Shown here: positions 1-11,351 of the stretch, piece after piece
How the letters are laid out: each line of letters starts with the position of its first letter
Numbering within the stretch: position 1 is the stretch's first letter
From: an uncultured Desulfospira sp.
GTDB taxonomy: Bacteria; Desulfobacterota; Desulfobacteria; Desulfobacterales; Desulfobacteraceae
NCBI GenBank assembly: GCA_963663165.1
Contig: OY760175.1
Location: 2,848,001 to 2,912,000, forward strand
Direction: 5' to 3'
Length of the DNA stretch: 64,000 bases
Program-made: the position numbers and the translations under genes
Notes under the pieces: generated by a model
Databases searched by the model: none
The model's input: the letters and a program-made list of their open reading frames with translations, nothing else
Told to the model about the DNA's origin: nothing

Positions 1-279
1 TAAAATCAGAAACACCGCCCGTTTAAAAAAAACTTTCCGGCTATGATATATCCCGGCATTTTTGACCAGCAGGGTCATGCCCACACCGGCCAGCATGACC
101 AGAACAACAGCCGCCCGCCGGTCCATATATTCAAGCCCATGGAAAAGCCAGACCGGGGACGTCTCTTTCACACAAAAAAAGGCTCTAAAATCTATAATTA
201 TCATGGCAAAGATGGCCAGGCCCCTTGCCAGGTCAATCCCCTGCAGCCGGGTTGATTTATTGTTAGGTATGCTGCCCAT
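1..279 (-). CDS. DUF418/DUF1624-like membrane protein, 5' part (runs off window start)
   Basis: Manual minus-strand translation from ATG at 279: MGSIPNNKSTRLQGIDLARGLAIFAMIII...AAVVLVMLAGVGMTLL; RxxxIDxARGLAI motif and hydrophobic helices; open to position 1. Confidence 0.7.
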   Translation of the reverse strand, partial: MGSIPNNKSTRLQGIDLARGLAIFAMIIIDFRAFFCVKETSPVWLFHGLEYMDRRAAVVLVMLAGVGMTLLVKNAGIYHSRKVFFKRAVFLIL

Positions 280-1144
280 TGGTTTGCCGCTTCCTTTCAC
301 CGCTGTTGCCTGTGCCCTTGCCCGGCGGGTCAGCCCCCCGTTTTGTAAACGGCCCTTCCCTGCCCGGCTGTTTTACCGCACCTTGTAAAGTGCAGGCTTT
401 TCGTAAACAATTCATAAAGTGCGCCAAAAGATGAAAGGAAACGCAAAAGGCCGGCATGCGGCTGAGATGCTTTTTAAGGTTTTGTTTTTAATCGGTTTTT
501 TGTTTATCGAGGGCAGAAGCAGTCCAGCCAAAATCCGGGGCACAGGCACTTTTCATTCAAAGCTGTCTGCCAAACCGGAACTTAGAATTCTTTTTCCCCC
601 AATTTACCGTTTTTTAAACATCAAGCCCGGGTAGTTTAGAGTATAATCCGTAAATCTTGCAGCTCGCTATCGAACGGGTCTTGAATTCGAGTTCGATTTC
701 GATTTCGAGTCACACGTCCGGACTGCATGAAAAGAATCCATCATGAATATGGGATCTTGTGCCTCAACCCAATGAGGCATGTTTTAAACCGGAAAAATTT
801 TTGTGGGCGGTTCTTGGTTGGATAACCAAGACGGCCCGTGGCCGTCAGTGCCATATGTCCACACTGTCCACCAGGTCCACTATGTCCACTGTTATCCCTG
901 ACGTTGTGTTTATCCAGAGAAAAGCCACGTCTGGAAGAAACATTATTGAGCATCTGATCCGTTGGGTTCTAAAAAAGCCAAAAGCCGCGGGTTATGATGA
1001 ATATCGCCACCGGCAGGACATGGGGCTGAGCTTTAAGGCTTTGTTTTTAATTAAAGAACGCGGTTTACGGTTGACTTTTGTCGTTTTAAACCCCTATAGA
1101 TTGAGGGTCGCAATCACTTACAACAACCAAGGGGGGAAAGAACG

Positions 1145-1546
1145 ATGAAGATTCTGAAAATTGATCATCTCGGTATAGCTGTTTCAAGTATTGACGAAAA
1201 AAAAAATTTCTGGACCGATGCCTTAGGCCTGTCCTTTGAGGGCACGGAAACCGTTGAAGAACAGAAAGTGACCACGGCCTTCCTGCCCGTTGGCGAAAGT
1301 GAAGTGGAGCTTCTCGAATCCACGGCTGACGACGGCCCTGTGGCCAAATATATTGAAAAAAAAGGCGAGGGCATCCAGCATGTGGCCTTCAGGGTGGAAA
1401 ATATTGACGAGGCTTTAGCCGAACTCAAAGAAAAAGGGATCAAACTCATTGACCAGGAACCCCGGAAAGGGGCCGGCGGTGCCCGGATTGCCTTTTTGCA
1501 CCCCAAAGCCACCTCAGGTGTTTTAGTGGAGTTGTGTGAACGATAG
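1145..1546 (+). CDS. mce: methylmalonyl-CoA epimerase
   Basis: KIDHLGIAV, EVELLES, GEGIQHVAFRV, IAFLHPKATSGVLVEL: VOC-fold epimerase motifs. Confidence 0.93.
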   Translation: MKILKIDHLGIAVSSIDEKKNFWTDALGLSFEGTETVEEQKVTTAFLPVGESEVELLESTADDGPVAKYIEKKGEGIQHVAFRVENIDEALAELKEKGIKLIDQEPRKGAGGARIAFLHPKATSGVLVELCER

Positions 1547-1979
1547 GGGGATGGACAGCAGGTTAAAGGCGCTTTGATGGGCGGGGTCACCCACCGGTAT
1601 ACTGCAAAATAATATCAATTTTGGCCCCCTTGAAATTCGTCTTTTATTGCACATCTCCATATACCATGCACCTGAATGGCCTTTTTGCCCAAAGAAAAGT
1701 TTTTGCTAAGGCACTAATTTGGCAGAAAAAAAAGCTTTTTTTTTCTGGTCATGGACAATGGGGCAAAAAAGGATTGAATAGTTGAAAAAACAAAGTGCTT
1801 CTGATAAGAAGATCGTTGCTGGAAAGATTGCCTTTCCGGGAGACTTAAATTTAAGGGGGAGACCGGTAAAATCGGAATGTTCGTGGTGGTTTTCCATGCT
1901 GTTGAATTCGCTCCTGTGCCTTTTGGTATATCCGGTCATAACTTGTTCTTTTCCTATATATAAATGAAGGAAAGTTTTA

Positions 1980-3140
1980 ATGAAGATTCACGAGTACCAA
2001 GCAAAAGCGTTGTTTAGAGAGTATAACGTGCCTGTGCCCGAGGGCCAGGCAGCCTTTGATGTTGAAGAGGCAAAAAAGGTGGCAGCGGGTCTGGGGAATT
2101 TTCCCGTGGTGGTCAAGGCTCAGATCCATGCCGGAGGCCGGGGCAAAGGCGGCGGAGTCAAGCTGGCCCATTCCATGGAAGAGGTGGAGACCCTGGCCGG
2201 TGAAATTTTAGGCATGACCCTGGTCACCCATCAGACCGGACCCGAAGGCAAACTGGTTCAAAAACTGCTCATTGAGGCCGGCCAGAATATCCTAAAAGAA
2301 CTCTACCTGTCGCTGCTGGTGGACCGGGCAACGGCCACCGTCGTGATCATGGCCAGCCAGGACGGTGGCATGGACATTGAAAAGGTGGCCGCTGAAACCC
2401 CGGACCGGATCATCAAGGTGCATGTCAACCCGCTCATGGGGCTTCAGGGCTACCAGATCCTGGAAGTGGCCTACGGCCTTGACCTGCCCAAACCGGCCAT
2501 GAAAAAATTCTCCGGGCTTCTGTCCAACCTGTATAAATTTTTTGTCGCCAATGACTGTTCTCTGGTGGAAATCAACCCCCTGATCCTGACGGCCGACGAT
2601 GATGTTCTGGCCCTGGACGCCAAGGTGGATTTTGACTCCAATGCCCTTCACCGGCATAAAGATCTTTTGGAATTAAGAGACCTTACCGAAGAAGATCCCC
2701 TGGAAGTGGAAGCCTCTAAATACAATCTGAATTATATCAACCTGGACGGCAACGTGGGCAATATCGTCAATGGCGCCGGCCTTGCCATGGCCACCATGGA
2801 CATCATCAAAAATGCCGGGGCCACCCCTGCCAACTTCATGGACGTGGGCGGCGGCGCCTCTGCCGAACAGGTGGAAAACGCCTTTAGAATCATCCTGGCC
2901 GATGAAAAGGTCAAGGCGGTTCTTATCAATATCTTTGGCGGCATCTTAAGATGCGACATCTTTGCCCAGGGCGTGGTGGAAGCCGCTAAAAAGACAGGGC
3001 TCAAGATCCCGGTGGTGGTCCGGATGGAAGGCACCAATGTGGATGAAGGCAAACGGATTCTGGCTGACGCCGGGCTTAACCTGACCAGTGCAAGTGACCT
3101 TGCCGATGCCGCCGAAAAGATCGCGCAAGCTGTAAAATAA
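1980..3140 (+). CDS. sucC: succinyl-CoA synthetase beta subunit
   Basis: [48 protein letters not shown]. Confidence 0.97.
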   Translation: MKIHEYQAKALFREYNVPVPEGQAAFDVEEAKKVAAGLGNFPVVVKAQIHAGGRGKGGGVKLAHSMEEVETLAGEILGMTLVTHQTGPEGKLVQKLLIEAGQNILKELYLSLLVDRATATVVIMASQDGGMDIEKVAAETPDRIIKVHVNPLMGLQGYQILEVAYGLDLPKPAMKKFSGLLSNLYKFFVANDCSLVEINPLILTADDDVLALDAKVDFDSNALHRHKDLLELRDLTEEDPLEVEASKYNLNYINLDGNVGNIVNGAGLAMATMDIIKNAGATPANFMDVGGGASAEQVENAFRIILADEKVKAVLINIFGGILRCDIFAQGVVEAAKKTGLKIPVVVRMEGTNVDEGKRILADAGLNLTSASDLADAAEKIAQAVK

Positions 3141-3153
3141 GGAGATAATCGCT

Positions 3154-4020
3154 GTGAGTATATTTGTAAATAAAGACACCAAACTGCTGGTCCAGGGAAT
3201 TACGGGTAACGAGGGCAGCTTTCACGCCAGACAATGTATCGCCTACGGCACCAATGTCGTGGGCGGCGTCACCCCGGGCAAGGGCGGCCAGAAAATGGAC
3301 GACGTCCCGGTATTCAATACCGTGGCCGGTGCCGTCAAAGAAACCGGGGCCGATGCCTCTCTGATCTTTGTTCCCCCGCCATTCGGGGCCAATGCCATCA
3401 TGGAAGCCGCTGATGCCGGCATCAAGCTGATCGTCTGTATCACCGAAGGCATTCCCATCCTGGACATGGTCAAGGTCAAAAACTTTCTGGCATCCAAAAC
3501 ATGCCGGCTTATCGGGCCAAACTGCCCGGGTATCATCACCCCGGAAGAGACCAAGATCGGCATCATGCCGGGAAATATTCATAAAAAAGGCCACGTGGGC
3601 GTGGTCTCCAGATCCGGCACCCTGACCTATGAAGTGGTGGATCAGCTCACCAAACTTGGCATGGGCCAGTCCACCTGCATCGGGATCGGCGGTGATCCCG
3701 TAAACGGGACCAACTTTATCGATGTATTATCCGCGTTCCAGGCCGATGACGAAACCCAAGCCATCGTCATGGTCGGGGAAATCGGGGGCAGCGCCGAAGA
3801 AGAGGCTGCCGCATATATTAAAGCAAACGTCACCAAACCGGTGGTCGGCTTTATCGCAGGCCTGACAGCACCTCCCGGCAGAAGAATGGGTCATGCCGGG
3901 GCCATCATTTCAGGTTCCAGCGGTACGGGCGAGGCAAAGATCAAAGCATTCAAGGACAACGGCATTCATGTATGCGAAAACCTTGGAAAAATCGGCCAGA
4001 TTTGCAAGGAAGCATTTTAA
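3154..4020 (+). CDS. sucD: succinyl-CoA synthetase alpha subunit
   Basis: GTG start after [37 protein letters not shown] phospho-His motif. Confidence 0.97.
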   Translation: MSIFVNKDTKLLVQGITGNEGSFHARQCIAYGTNVVGGVTPGKGGQKMDDVPVFNTVAGAVKETGADASLIFVPPPFGANAIMEAADAGIKLIVCITEGIPILDMVKVKNFLASKTCRLIGPNCPGIITPEETKIGIMPGNIHKKGHVGVVSRSGTLTYEVVDQLTKLGMGQSTCIGIGGDPVNGTNFIDVLSAFQADDETQAIVMVGEIGGSAEEEAAAYIKANVTKPVVGFIAGLTAPPGRRMGHAGAIISGSSGTGEAKIKAFKDNGIHVCENLGKIGQICKEAF

Positions 4021-4029
4021 GTAACAGCC

Positions 4030-4078
4030 ACAGGCCGGCCTTGGGCGCTGATCCAAAGGCCGGCCTGAAGCAAAAAAG
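4030..4078 (+). terminator. GC-rich hairpin between sucD and frdC
   Basis: caggccggcctt...aaggccggcctg stem followed by an A tract rather than a T tract on the plus strand; could be an mRNA stabiliser or a reverse-strand terminator. Confidence 0.45.
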
Positions 4079-4084
4079 TCGAAA

Positions 4085-4155
4085 GCGAACAGTTAACAGC
4101 TCATGGCTGATAGCTAACTGCTAATGGCTAAAACGCTGACGGCTAAAAGCTAACC
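4085..4155 (+). repeat. degenerate GCTAANN heptamer tandem repeat (about 10 units)
   Basis: gcgaaca gttaaca gctcatg gctgata gctaact gctaatg gctaaaac gctgacg gctaaaa gctaacc, just before the frdC RBS. Confidence 0.8.
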
Positions 4156-4171
4156 TAAGGGAGGTTAAAAA

Positions 4172-5179
4172 TTGGAAAGTTATACGATCGAATCAAACCG
4201 GGAAAAAAGTTCCAGGCTTCCGGCGCGGCTTGACCTGGCCCAGAGCGGGACAGGTCTGATTCTGGGATTGTTCATGTGGGTCCACATGCTCCTGGTAGCC
4301 AGCATTATCCTGGGAAAAGGCTCTTTTAATTTCGTGGCAAAGACCATGGAACTCTCCTTTTTGTCCGGAACTGGGCAAGGATACCCTTCTGCGGTATTCC
4401 TGGCGGTGGCAGGCGTATTTACCCTGTTTATTCTCCATGCCCTTTTAGGGATGAGAAAACTGCCCATTTCCTGGAAACAGCACCGGATCATGCGCGACCA
4501 GATGGTGATGATGAAACATCAGGACACCAATCTGTGGTACATCCAGGCGGTAACCGGGTTTATCATGTTTTTTGCCGGCTCCGTCCACCTTTACACCATG
4601 CTCACCAATCCGGGCTCCATTGACCCTTATGTGTCTGCCGACCGGGTGGTATCCCATCATTACTGGTTTCTTTATATCATCCTTCTGGTCTGCGTGGAGC
4701 TTCACGGCACCATCGGCCTTTACCGGCTGTGCATGAAATGGGGATGGTTCCAGGGCAAAAATTTTAAAACCGGCCGGGAAAACCGCAAAAAACTCAAACT
4801 GCTTAAAAACCGGCTTACCATTTTCTTTTTATCTGTGGGCGCTTTGGCCCTGCTGGTCTTCATTGTCATCGGCATCGGACACCGGGACAACGTGGGAGAA
4901 CGGTACCGCATCTCCCATGCCATAGCCCAGGAACCGGCAGCTGAACCGGAAGCAGCGGTTCAAGAAGAAGCGGCGGCTGAAACTCAAGCCGTAGAAGAAG
5001 AGACTGTCCAAGAAGCGGCACCGGAAGCGGTTCAGGAAGAAGAGCCCCCGGCTGAAGCGGTCCACACTGAGACCCAAAGCCATGATGACACAGGCGATGC
5101 CCATGAAGAGGGCGGGGCCCATGAACATGAACCTGAAGCCCATGACACCGGTCATGCTGCCGAAGAAACAGTACACTAA
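4172..5179 (+). CDS. frdC: fumarate reductase/succinate dehydrogenase diheme cytochrome b subunit with acidic His-rich C-terminal tail
   Basis: [48 protein letters not shown] heme-ligand His pattern of Wolinella-type FrdC; TTG start after GGGAGG. Confidence 0.93.
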   Translation: MESYTIESNREKSSRLPARLDLAQSGTGLILGLFMWVHMLLVASIILGKGSFNFVAKTMELSFLSGTGQGYPSAVFLAVAGVFTLFILHALLGMRKLPISWKQHRIMRDQMVMMKHQDTNLWYIQAVTGFIMFFAGSVHLYTMLTNPGSIDPYVSADRVVSHHYWFLYIILLVCVELHGTIGLYRLCMKWGWFQGKNFKTGRENRKKLKLLKNRLTIFFLSVGALALLVFIVIGIGHRDNVGERYRISHAIAQEPAAEPEAAVQEEAAAETQAVEEETVQEAAPEAVQEEEPPAEAVHTETQSHDDTGDAHEEGGAHEHEPEAHDTGHAAEETVH

Positions 5180-5193
5180 GAAGGGAAAATTCA

Positions 5194-7164
5194 ATGAAGA
5201 TCATATATACGGATTCACTTGTTATCGGTGGCGGCCTGGCAGGCTTAAGGGTGGCCATTGCTTCCATGCAGAGGGGATATGACACCATTATCCTTTCACT
5301 GATTCCTGCCAAACGATCCCATTCCGCCGCGGCCCAGGGCGGCATGCAGGCAAGCCTTGGCGCCTGTATCAAGGGAGAGGGAGACGATGAAGACGTCCAC
5401 TTTGCGGACACGGTAAAGGGAAGCGACTGGGGATGCGACCAGGACGTGGCCAGGATGTTTGTGAACACCTCGCCCAAGGCCATCCGTCAGCTTTCCGCCT
5501 GGGGGGTTCCCTGGTCAAGGGTTCGCGGCGGCGACCGGGAAGTTATCATCAACGGCGAAAAGGTCACCATTACGGAAAAACATGAGGCCCACGGCCTGAT
5601 TTCCGCCCGGGACTTCGGGGGAACCAAAAAATGGCGGACCTGTTTTACCTCGGACGGCACCGGCCATACCATGCTGTATGCCATGGACAACAAGGCCATC
5701 CAGATGGGGATTCCCGTCCATGAAAGAAAAGAGGCCGTTGCCCTGATCCATGAAGGCGGCACCTGTTACGGCGCCATTGTCCGTGACCTGATCACCGGTG
5801 AACTGATCGCCTACGTGGCCAAGGCCACCACCATTGCCACGGGCGGCTACGGCAGGCTGTATGCCGTGTCCACCAACGCGGTGATTTCCGAAGGCATCGG
5901 CACCGCCATTGCCCTTGAAACCGGCGTTGCCACTTTGGGGAACATGGAAGCGGTCCAGTTTCACCCCACGGCCATTGTTCCGGTGGGCATTCTCACCACA
6001 GAAGGATGCCGGGGTGACGGCGGCCTGCTCCTGGACAAGGACGGGTACCGGTTCATGCCCGACTATGAACCCGATAAAAAGGAACTGGCCTCAAGAGACG
6101 TTGTGTCCCGGCGCATGACCGAGCACATGAGAAAAGGCAAGGGCATCCCCTCAAGATACGGGGATCACCTCTGGCTTGACATCACCCTGCTGGGCCGGGA
6201 ACACATTGAGAAGAACCTAAGGGAAGTCAAGGAAATCTGTGAATACTTCCTGGGCATTGACCCGGTCAAAGACTACATCCCGGTCAGGCCCACCCAGCAC
6301 TACTCCATGGGCGGAGTCAGGACCAAGGCCACGGGCGAGAGCCCGACCTTAAAGGGGCTGTTCTCAGCCGGTGAAGCCGCCTGCTGGGATATGCACGGGT
6401 TTAACCGCTTAGGGGGCAACTCGGTTGCGGAAACCGTTGTGGCCGGCATGATCGTGGGCGAGTTTGTGGCCGATTACTGCGCTGCCAACCCCCTGAATAT
6501 CTCCACATCCACCATCGAGCATTTCATGAAACGAGAAGAAAAGAAGATCACTGATCTGCTGGTCAGGGATTATGGGGAAAATCCCTATGAACTCAAGGCG
6601 GAAATGCAGAAAATCATGATGGACAAGGTGGGGATCTTCAGAAACGCCGAAGATCTTGAAAAGGCCGTTGAAGAACTCAAGGTTCTCAACCAGCGGGCCA
6701 AAAACATTGCTTTGAGAAACAAAATCTCCTCCGCCAACCCGGAACTGGTAGAGGCCATCCGGGTGCCCAAGATGATCAAACTGGCCCAGTGCGTGGCCTA
6801 CGGCGCCATGCTCAGGACTGAGAGCCGCGGGGCCCATGCCCGGGAAGATTATCCCGAAAGAAACGACCGCGACTGGCTCAAACGGACCCTGACTACCTGG
6901 AAAGACGATCAGGCGGATCTGCCAGAAGTTAGTTACGAGCCGCTGGATGTCATGAAGATGGAACTGCCGCCGGGCTCCCGTGGATACGGGGTGGACAAAA
7001 CCATTCACCATCCGGACACGGAAAAGCGCGTTGCGCAGATCGAAGAAATCAAAAAGGCCAACCCGACGGCCGACCGGTTTGAACTGCAGGAACTGTTGAA
7101 TCCCATACCCATTCCGGACAAATTCAAAGGCAGAAACGAACGTATAGGAAGGGGGTTTAAATAA
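5194..7164 (+). CDS. frdA: fumarate reductase flavoprotein subunit
   Basis: [16 protein letters not shown] (FAD-binding His), [31 protein letters not shown]. Confidence 0.97.
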   Translation: MKIIYTDSLVIGGGLAGLRVAIASMQRGYDTIILSLIPAKRSHSAAAQGGMQASLGACIKGEGDDEDVHFADTVKGSDWGCDQDVARMFVNTSPKAIRQLSAWGVPWSRVRGGDREVIINGEKVTITEKHEAHGLISARDFGGTKKWRTCFTSDGTGHTMLYAMDNKAIQMGIPVHERKEAVALIHEGGTCYGAIVRDLITGELIAYVAKATTIATGGYGRLYAVSTNAVISEGIGTAIALETGVATLGNMEAVQFHPTAIVPVGILTTEGCRGDGGLLLDKDGYRFMPDYEPDKKELASRDVVSRRMTEHMRKGKGIPSRYGDHLWLDITLLGREHIEKNLREVKEICEYFLGIDPVKDYIPVRPTQHYSMGGVRTKATGESPTLKGLFSAGEAACWDMHGFNRLGGNSVAETVVAGMIVGEFVADYCAANPLNISTSTIEHFMKREEKKITDLLVRDYGENPYELKAEMQKIMMDKVGIFRNAEDLEKAVEELKVLNQRAKNIALRNKISSANPELVEAIRVPKMIKLAQCVAYGAMLRTESRGAHAREDYPERNDRDWLKRTLTTWKDDQADLPEVSYEPLDVMKMELPPGSRGYGVDKTIHHPDTEKRVAQIEEIKKANPTADRFELQELLNPIPIPDKFKGRNERIGRGFK

Positions 7165-7898
7165 TGAGCGAAGAAGCAAGAGTATTAAAATTTCATGTAT
7201 TCAGGTACAATCCCCAGAAACCCGGGGATAAACCCCGCATGGTCACCTATGAGGTGACCGAAGCCCCGGGGATGACCATCTTTATTGCCTTAAACGATAT
7301 CAGGGAACACCAGGACCCGTCTTTCCAGTTTGACTTTGTCTGCCGGGCCGGCATCTGCGGCTCCTGCGCCATGGTCATCAACGGCCAGCCCGACCTGGCC
7401 TGCCGGACCCTGACCTCCAAGTTCGAAGACGGGGAAATCAAGCTGCTGCCCTTGCCCGGATTTGAGCTGATCGGAGACCTTTCCGTGAACACGGGCAAAT
7501 TCATGCGGGCCATGAGCGAACGGGTGGAATCCTGGATCCATGACAAGAATGCCGACAACGTTGATTTTAACAAGCTTGAAGAACGCATGGACCCGGATGT
7601 GGCCGATGAAATCTACGAGCTCGAACGGTGCGTTGAGTGCGGCTGCTGCGTCTCTGCCTGCGCCACCAAACGGATGCGTCCCGACTTCCTGTCTGCTGTG
7701 GGCTTTATGCGCCTTGCCCGGTATGCCCTGGACCCCAGGGACAAACGGTCTGACGAAGAATTTTACGAAGTCATCGGCAACGATGACGGCGTATTCGGCT
7801 GCATGACCCTTCTGGGATGCGAGGATTACTGCCCCAAGGATCTGCCCCACCAGACCCAGATTGCATACTTGCGCCGAAAAATGGCCCTGGTAAAATGA
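7164..7898 (+). CDS. frdB: fumarate reductase iron-sulfur subunit
   Basis: CRAGICGSC...C (2Fe-2S), CVECGCCVSAC, CMTLLGCEDYCP. Confidence 0.97.
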   Translation: MSEEARVLKFHVFRYNPQKPGDKPRMVTYEVTEAPGMTIFIALNDIREHQDPSFQFDFVCRAGICGSCAMVINGQPDLACRTLTSKFEDGEIKLLPLPGFELIGDLSVNTGKFMRAMSERVESWIHDKNADNVDFNKLEERMDPDVADEIYELERCVECGCCVSACATKRMRPDFLSAVGFMRLARYALDPRDKRSDEEFYEVIGNDDGVFGCMTLLGCEDYCPKDLPHQTQIAYLRRKMALVK

Positions 7899-7899
7899 C

Positions 7900-8021
7900 G
7901 CTTGAACGACAATTCACCCATCTGCGGCGTTGCTGCAAAAATTTAAGATCCTTACGTACATCTGTACGCTGCGGTCTTAAATTTTCTTGCGCCTTGCATA
8001 TGGGCAAATTCTCGTCCAAGC
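7900..8021. repeat. palindromic REP/MITE-like element, family A, copy 1
   Basis: gcttgaacga..cacccatctgcggcgttgc...gcgccttgcatatgggca..tcgtccaagc; imperfect long hairpin; homologous to 9798-9923, 10220-10246 and 62831-62892. Confidence 0.85.
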
Positions 8022-8039
8022 TTGGGGTTGAACTCAATT

Positions 8040-8086
8040 AACCGTTAAGGGGACAAACCATTGTCCCCTTAACGGTTTAAAAAAAC
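8040..8086. terminator. hairpin after frdB
   Basis: aaccgttaaggggacaa-acca-ttgtccccttaacggtt perfect stem followed by taaaaaaa. Confidence 0.65.
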
Positions 8087-8184
8087 ATCATGGACGAGCC
8101 GGATCAGCACCCGGCCCAGTCCATGGCCAATATTGAAAGCTAACGGCTAAAGGCTAACAGCTTTTAAATACAAAAGGTGAAAAG

Positions 8185-9795
8185 ATGAGCGAATTTAAAT
8201 TTGAATCCATGTTCCCGTTAGGGGAAGATGATACCGAATACCGCCTGATATCCAAGGACGGGGTCAGGGTCAGGGAGTTTGAAGGACGGGATGTCCTTAT
8301 GGTGGAACCCCAGGCCTTAACCCTGCTGGCGTCCCAGGCCTTCAAGGATGCGGCCCACCTTTACCGGGCCGAACACCTTGAAAAACTGAAAATGATCATT
8401 GATGATCCGGAAAGCTCGGACAATGACCGGTACGTGGCCCTGGAACTGTTAAAAAACGCGGCCATTTCAGCCGACAAAATCTATCCCATGTGCCAGGACA
8501 CCGGCACGGCCATTATCATGGGCAAAAAAGGCCAGCAGGTCTGGACCTGGTCCGATGATGAGGAAGAGCTGTCCAAAGGTGCTTTTGAGGCATATACCCA
8601 GAACTATCTGAGGTATTCCCAGAACGCCCCTTTAACCATGTACAAGGAAGCCAACACCAAAACCAACCTGCCGGCCCAGGTTGATATCTCGGCCATCCAG
8701 GGAGAGGCTTACAAATTCCTGTTCATGGCCAAAGGCGGCGGATCGGCCAATAAAACCTTTTTGTACCAGATGACCAAGGCCGTTCTCAACTCCGAAGAGA
8801 CCCTGCTCAATTTCATGACCGAAAAGATGAAAGAGCTGGGCACGGCTGCCTGTCCGCCCTACCACATTGCTTTTGTCATCGGCGGAACCTCGGCCGAACT
8901 GACCCTGAAGACCGTTAAACTGGCCTCGGCCCGGTACCTGGACTCTCTGCCCGAAACCGGCAGTGAGACCGCCCGTGCTTTCAGGGACAAAGACCTGGAA
9001 GAAAAGGTCCTGGTCCGGTCCCAGGAACTTGGCCTTGGGGCCCAGTTCGGGGGCAAGCATTTTGCCCTGGACATCCGGGTGATCCGGCTGCCCCGGCACG
9101 GGGCCTCCTGCCCTGTGGGCATCGGGGTCTCCTGCTCCGCCGACCGGCAGATCAAGGGCAAAATCACCAGAGACGGGGTGTTCCTGGAACAGTTGGTGGA
9201 AGATCCTTCCAAATACCTACCTGCGGCAGAACCTGAAATGAAACCGGCCGTGGAAATCAACCTTGACAAACCCATGGATGAAATCCGGGCGGAACTGTCC
9301 AAATACCCGGTGGCCACAAGGCTTTCACTAACCGGTAAAATTATCGTGGCCCGGGATATTGCCCATGCCAAATTCATGGAACGGTTTGAGGCCGGCAACG
9401 GCCTGCCCGATTACCTGAAAAACCACATCGTTTACTATGCGGGTCCTGCCAAAACACCGGAAGGCGAAGCTTCCGGGGCATTCGGCCCCACCACGGCGGG
9501 CAGAATGGACCCTTACGTTCCCGTATTCCAGGAACAGGGAGCATCCATGATCATGCTGGCCAAAGGAAACCGGACCCGTCAGGTCACCGATGCCTGCCAG
9601 AAATTCGGCGGGTTCTACCTGGGATCCCCCGGCGGCCCGGCCGCCCGGTTAGGCAAGGATTTCATCAAGAAAGTAGAGCTGGTGGAGTATGAGGAACTGG
9701 GCATGGAAGCCGTCTACATGATCACGGTGGAAAAATTCCCGGCCTTTATTATTGTTGATGATAAGGGGAATGACTTCTACGCCAACCTGCTTTAG
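8185..9795 (+). CDS. fumA: class I (Fe-S) fumarate hydratase
   Basis: [47 protein letters not shown]. Confidence 0.93.
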   Translation: MSEFKFESMFPLGEDDTEYRLISKDGVRVREFEGRDVLMVEPQALTLLASQAFKDAAHLYRAEHLEKLKMIIDDPESSDNDRYVALELLKNAAISADKIYPMCQDTGTAIIMGKKGQQVWTWSDDEEELSKGAFEAYTQNYLRYSQNAPLTMYKEANTKTNLPAQVDISAIQGEAYKFLFMAKGGGSANKTFLYQMTKAVLNSEETLLNFMTEKMKELGTAACPPYHIAFVIGGTSAELTLKTVKLASARYLDSLPETGSETARAFRDKDLEEKVLVRSQELGLGAQFGGKHFALDIRVIRLPRHGASCPVGIGVSCSADRQIKGKITRDGVFLEQLVEDPSKYLPAAEPEMKPAVEINLDKPMDEIRAELSKYPVATRLSLTGKIIVARDIAHAKFMERFEAGNGLPDYLKNHIVYYAGPAKTPEGEASGAFGPTTAGRMDPYVPVFQEQGASMIMLAKGNRTRQVTDACQKFGGFYLGSPGGPAARLGKDFIKKVELVEYEELGMEAVYMITVEKFPAFIIVDDKGNDFYANLL

Positions 9796-9797
9796 GG

Positions 9798-9923
9798 GTG
9801 TTTGAACGAAGCGTCACCCATCTGCGGCGTTGCAAAAAAAGCTGCAATCCTCACAACCCTAAAGGTTGCTCCGGTTGCAGCTTTTCGGGCGCCCTGCATC
9901 TGGGCAACACTTCGTCCAAACAC
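9798..9923. repeat. palindromic REP/MITE-like element, family A, copy 2
   Basis: gtgtttgaacgaag..cacccatctgcggcgttgc...gcgccctgcatctgggca..cttcgtccaaacac, starting at the third base after the fumarase stop. Confidence 0.85.
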
Positions 9924-10119
9924 GGGTTTTCGGCCAGACACGTCCTCTGCTTCTGCTGTGGTGCCGGTGTGTTCAAACCGGTACCACGGCTTTTTTAATG
10001 CCGTTTGAAAGATCTCCTGATTAGTGATACAACCGGTGATTAGAGGGGGAGGCGACAATAATCATGAATCAACAATTAAAAAAGAAAAAAAATATATTCA
10101 TCCGTTTTCTTGAATGGAT

Positions 10120-10265
10120 ATCCAAGGGGAGTAAACAGGCCGCCCAAAAGGGGCAGTTCTGCGCGTCTTGAGCGATCAAGAAAAAGTAACCCGGTCCGGG
10201 TTAGTGTTCCAGCGATAACTCACCCATCTGCGGCATTGCTGCAAAATCCGCAGATCGGCAAGTTC
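10120..10265 (+). promoter_or_regulatory. probable yybP-ykoY (Mn2+) riboswitch, possibly degenerate
   Basis: AAGGGGAGTA (10124-10133), hairpins, A-rich loop GATCAAGAAAAA, and a final hairpin followed by GGCAAG (10257-10262); lies upstream of an operon containing mntP. The expected 3' P1 strand is not evident. Confidence 0.5.
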
Positions 10266-10326
10266 ACGCCCACAAGGTACCGGAAAGGGGTAACGGATTA
10301 ACTGACAAAAACGGTAACAGAACAGC

Positions 10327-10755
10327 ATGAATCATAAAGTCAAAGGCTTGTTGCAGAAGATCAATTTTATTGAAACCGATATGGACCTGCACCGGCATAT
10401 CCTGGCGTCCATTCCCTCTGCCCAGACAGCCGAAATTGAAAAAACCGCAAGGACCATTGCGGCCATGAAACAGCAGATCCAGGATCTGAGAATGGAAATC
10501 AAAGCCGTTGATGAGACCGAGTACAACCGGATCATGGCCATAGAAAAGGGCACTGAAAAGTTCAAAGAAATGGCTCAGGGCAAAAACTTTATCCTGGTCA
10601 ACACCCTCAATGAAACCGGTGAGTGCTTTGTCACCCTGGCCGATGATACCCGGATAGACTGTCTGGTGGCGGCAAAGGAAGAGAACGGAACCTGGACCAT
10701 CCTCACCATTGACGGCCAGGTAAAGCAGCTGCCGATAGGCTTAATAAAGGCTTGA
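10327..10755 (+). CDS. hypothetical protein (coiled-coil N terminus)
   Basis: 142 aa ORF with normal codon usage, 21 bp upstream of mntP. Confidence 0.75.
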   Translation: MNHKVKGLLQKINFIETDMDLHRHILASIPSAQTAEIEKTARTIAAMKQQIQDLRMEIKAVDETEYNRIMAIEKGTEKFKEMAQGKNFILVNTLNETGECFVTLADDTRIDCLVAAKEENGTWTILTIDGQVKQLPIGLIKA

Positions 10756-10776
10756 CGGCTTCTTCTCCCTCATCAT

Positions 10777-11325
10777 ATGGGAACCATCGATATATTCATC
10801 ATCTCCCTGGCCCTTGCCATGGATGCAGCCGCAGTCTGCCTTGGTGCCGCATCAGCCGGATATGCCGCCAATAAGCGGGCGGTCTTCCGCCTGGCCTTTC
10901 ACTTTGGCCTTTTCCAGGCCCTGATGCCCCTGGCGGGATATTTTATTGGAACGGGATTTGCCGGTTTTGTCCAGACCGCGGCCCCGTTCATCGCCTTTGG
11001 CCTGCTCTTGTTTGTGGGCGGCCGCATGATCATATCAGGCCTGGACAAATCAAAAGAGGTGATCAGCAAAGATCCCTCCCGGGGCATGACCATGGTGGCC
11101 TTGAGTGTTGCCGTCAGCATCGACGCCATGGCCGTGGGCGTCAGTTTCGCCTTTATGAAGGTATCCATCTGGACCCCGGTTCTTCTCATCGGCCTGGTCA
11201 CGGCACTAATTTCCTGGCTGGCCGTCCGTATCGGCCGAGACTTAGGGACCCGGTTCGGCAAACCCATGGAAATCTTCGGCGGCCTGGTCCTGGTGGGCAT
11301 CGGGCTCCGGATCATTCTTTCCTGA
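10777..11325 (+). CDS. mntP: manganese efflux pump MntP
   Basis: SLALAMDAAAV, FGLFQALMP, LSVAVSIDAMAVG, EIFGGLVLVGIG: two DUF204 repeats. Confidence 0.9.
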   Translation: MGTIDIFIISLALAMDAAAVCLGAASAGYAANKRAVFRLAFHFGLFQALMPLAGYFIGTGFAGFVQTAAPFIAFGLLLFVGGRMIISGLDKSKEVISKDPSRGMTMVALSVAVSIDAMAVGVSFAFMKVSIWTPVLLIGLVTALISWLAVRIGRDLGTRFGKPMEIFGGLVLVGIGLRIILS

Positions 11326-11351
11326 CCATTCCCCGTGTACCGGCCGCCGCG

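Noticed and set aside
420..470. GAAA...ACGCAAAAGGCCGG as a c-di-GMP riboswitch
   Set aside because: No pairing stems or 3' conserved block, and no adjacent downstream gene.
759..1148. 129 aa ORF upstream of mce
   Set aside because: Runs through micro-repeats and promoter-like DNA; no recognisable motif.
1706..1724. Sigma54-like AGGCACtaatttgGC upstream of sucC
   Set aside because: Spacing fits but the -12 element is poor and it lies about 255 bp from the start; unsupported.
6409..7179. Long antisense ORFs (also 52538-53317, 24001-24603 and others)
   Set aside because: Shadows of well-supported genes in GC-rich DNA.
7817..8041. Similar short Cys-rich ORFs here and at 9798-9998 (THLRRC)
   Set aside because: The similarity comes from repeat family A; no RBS seen.
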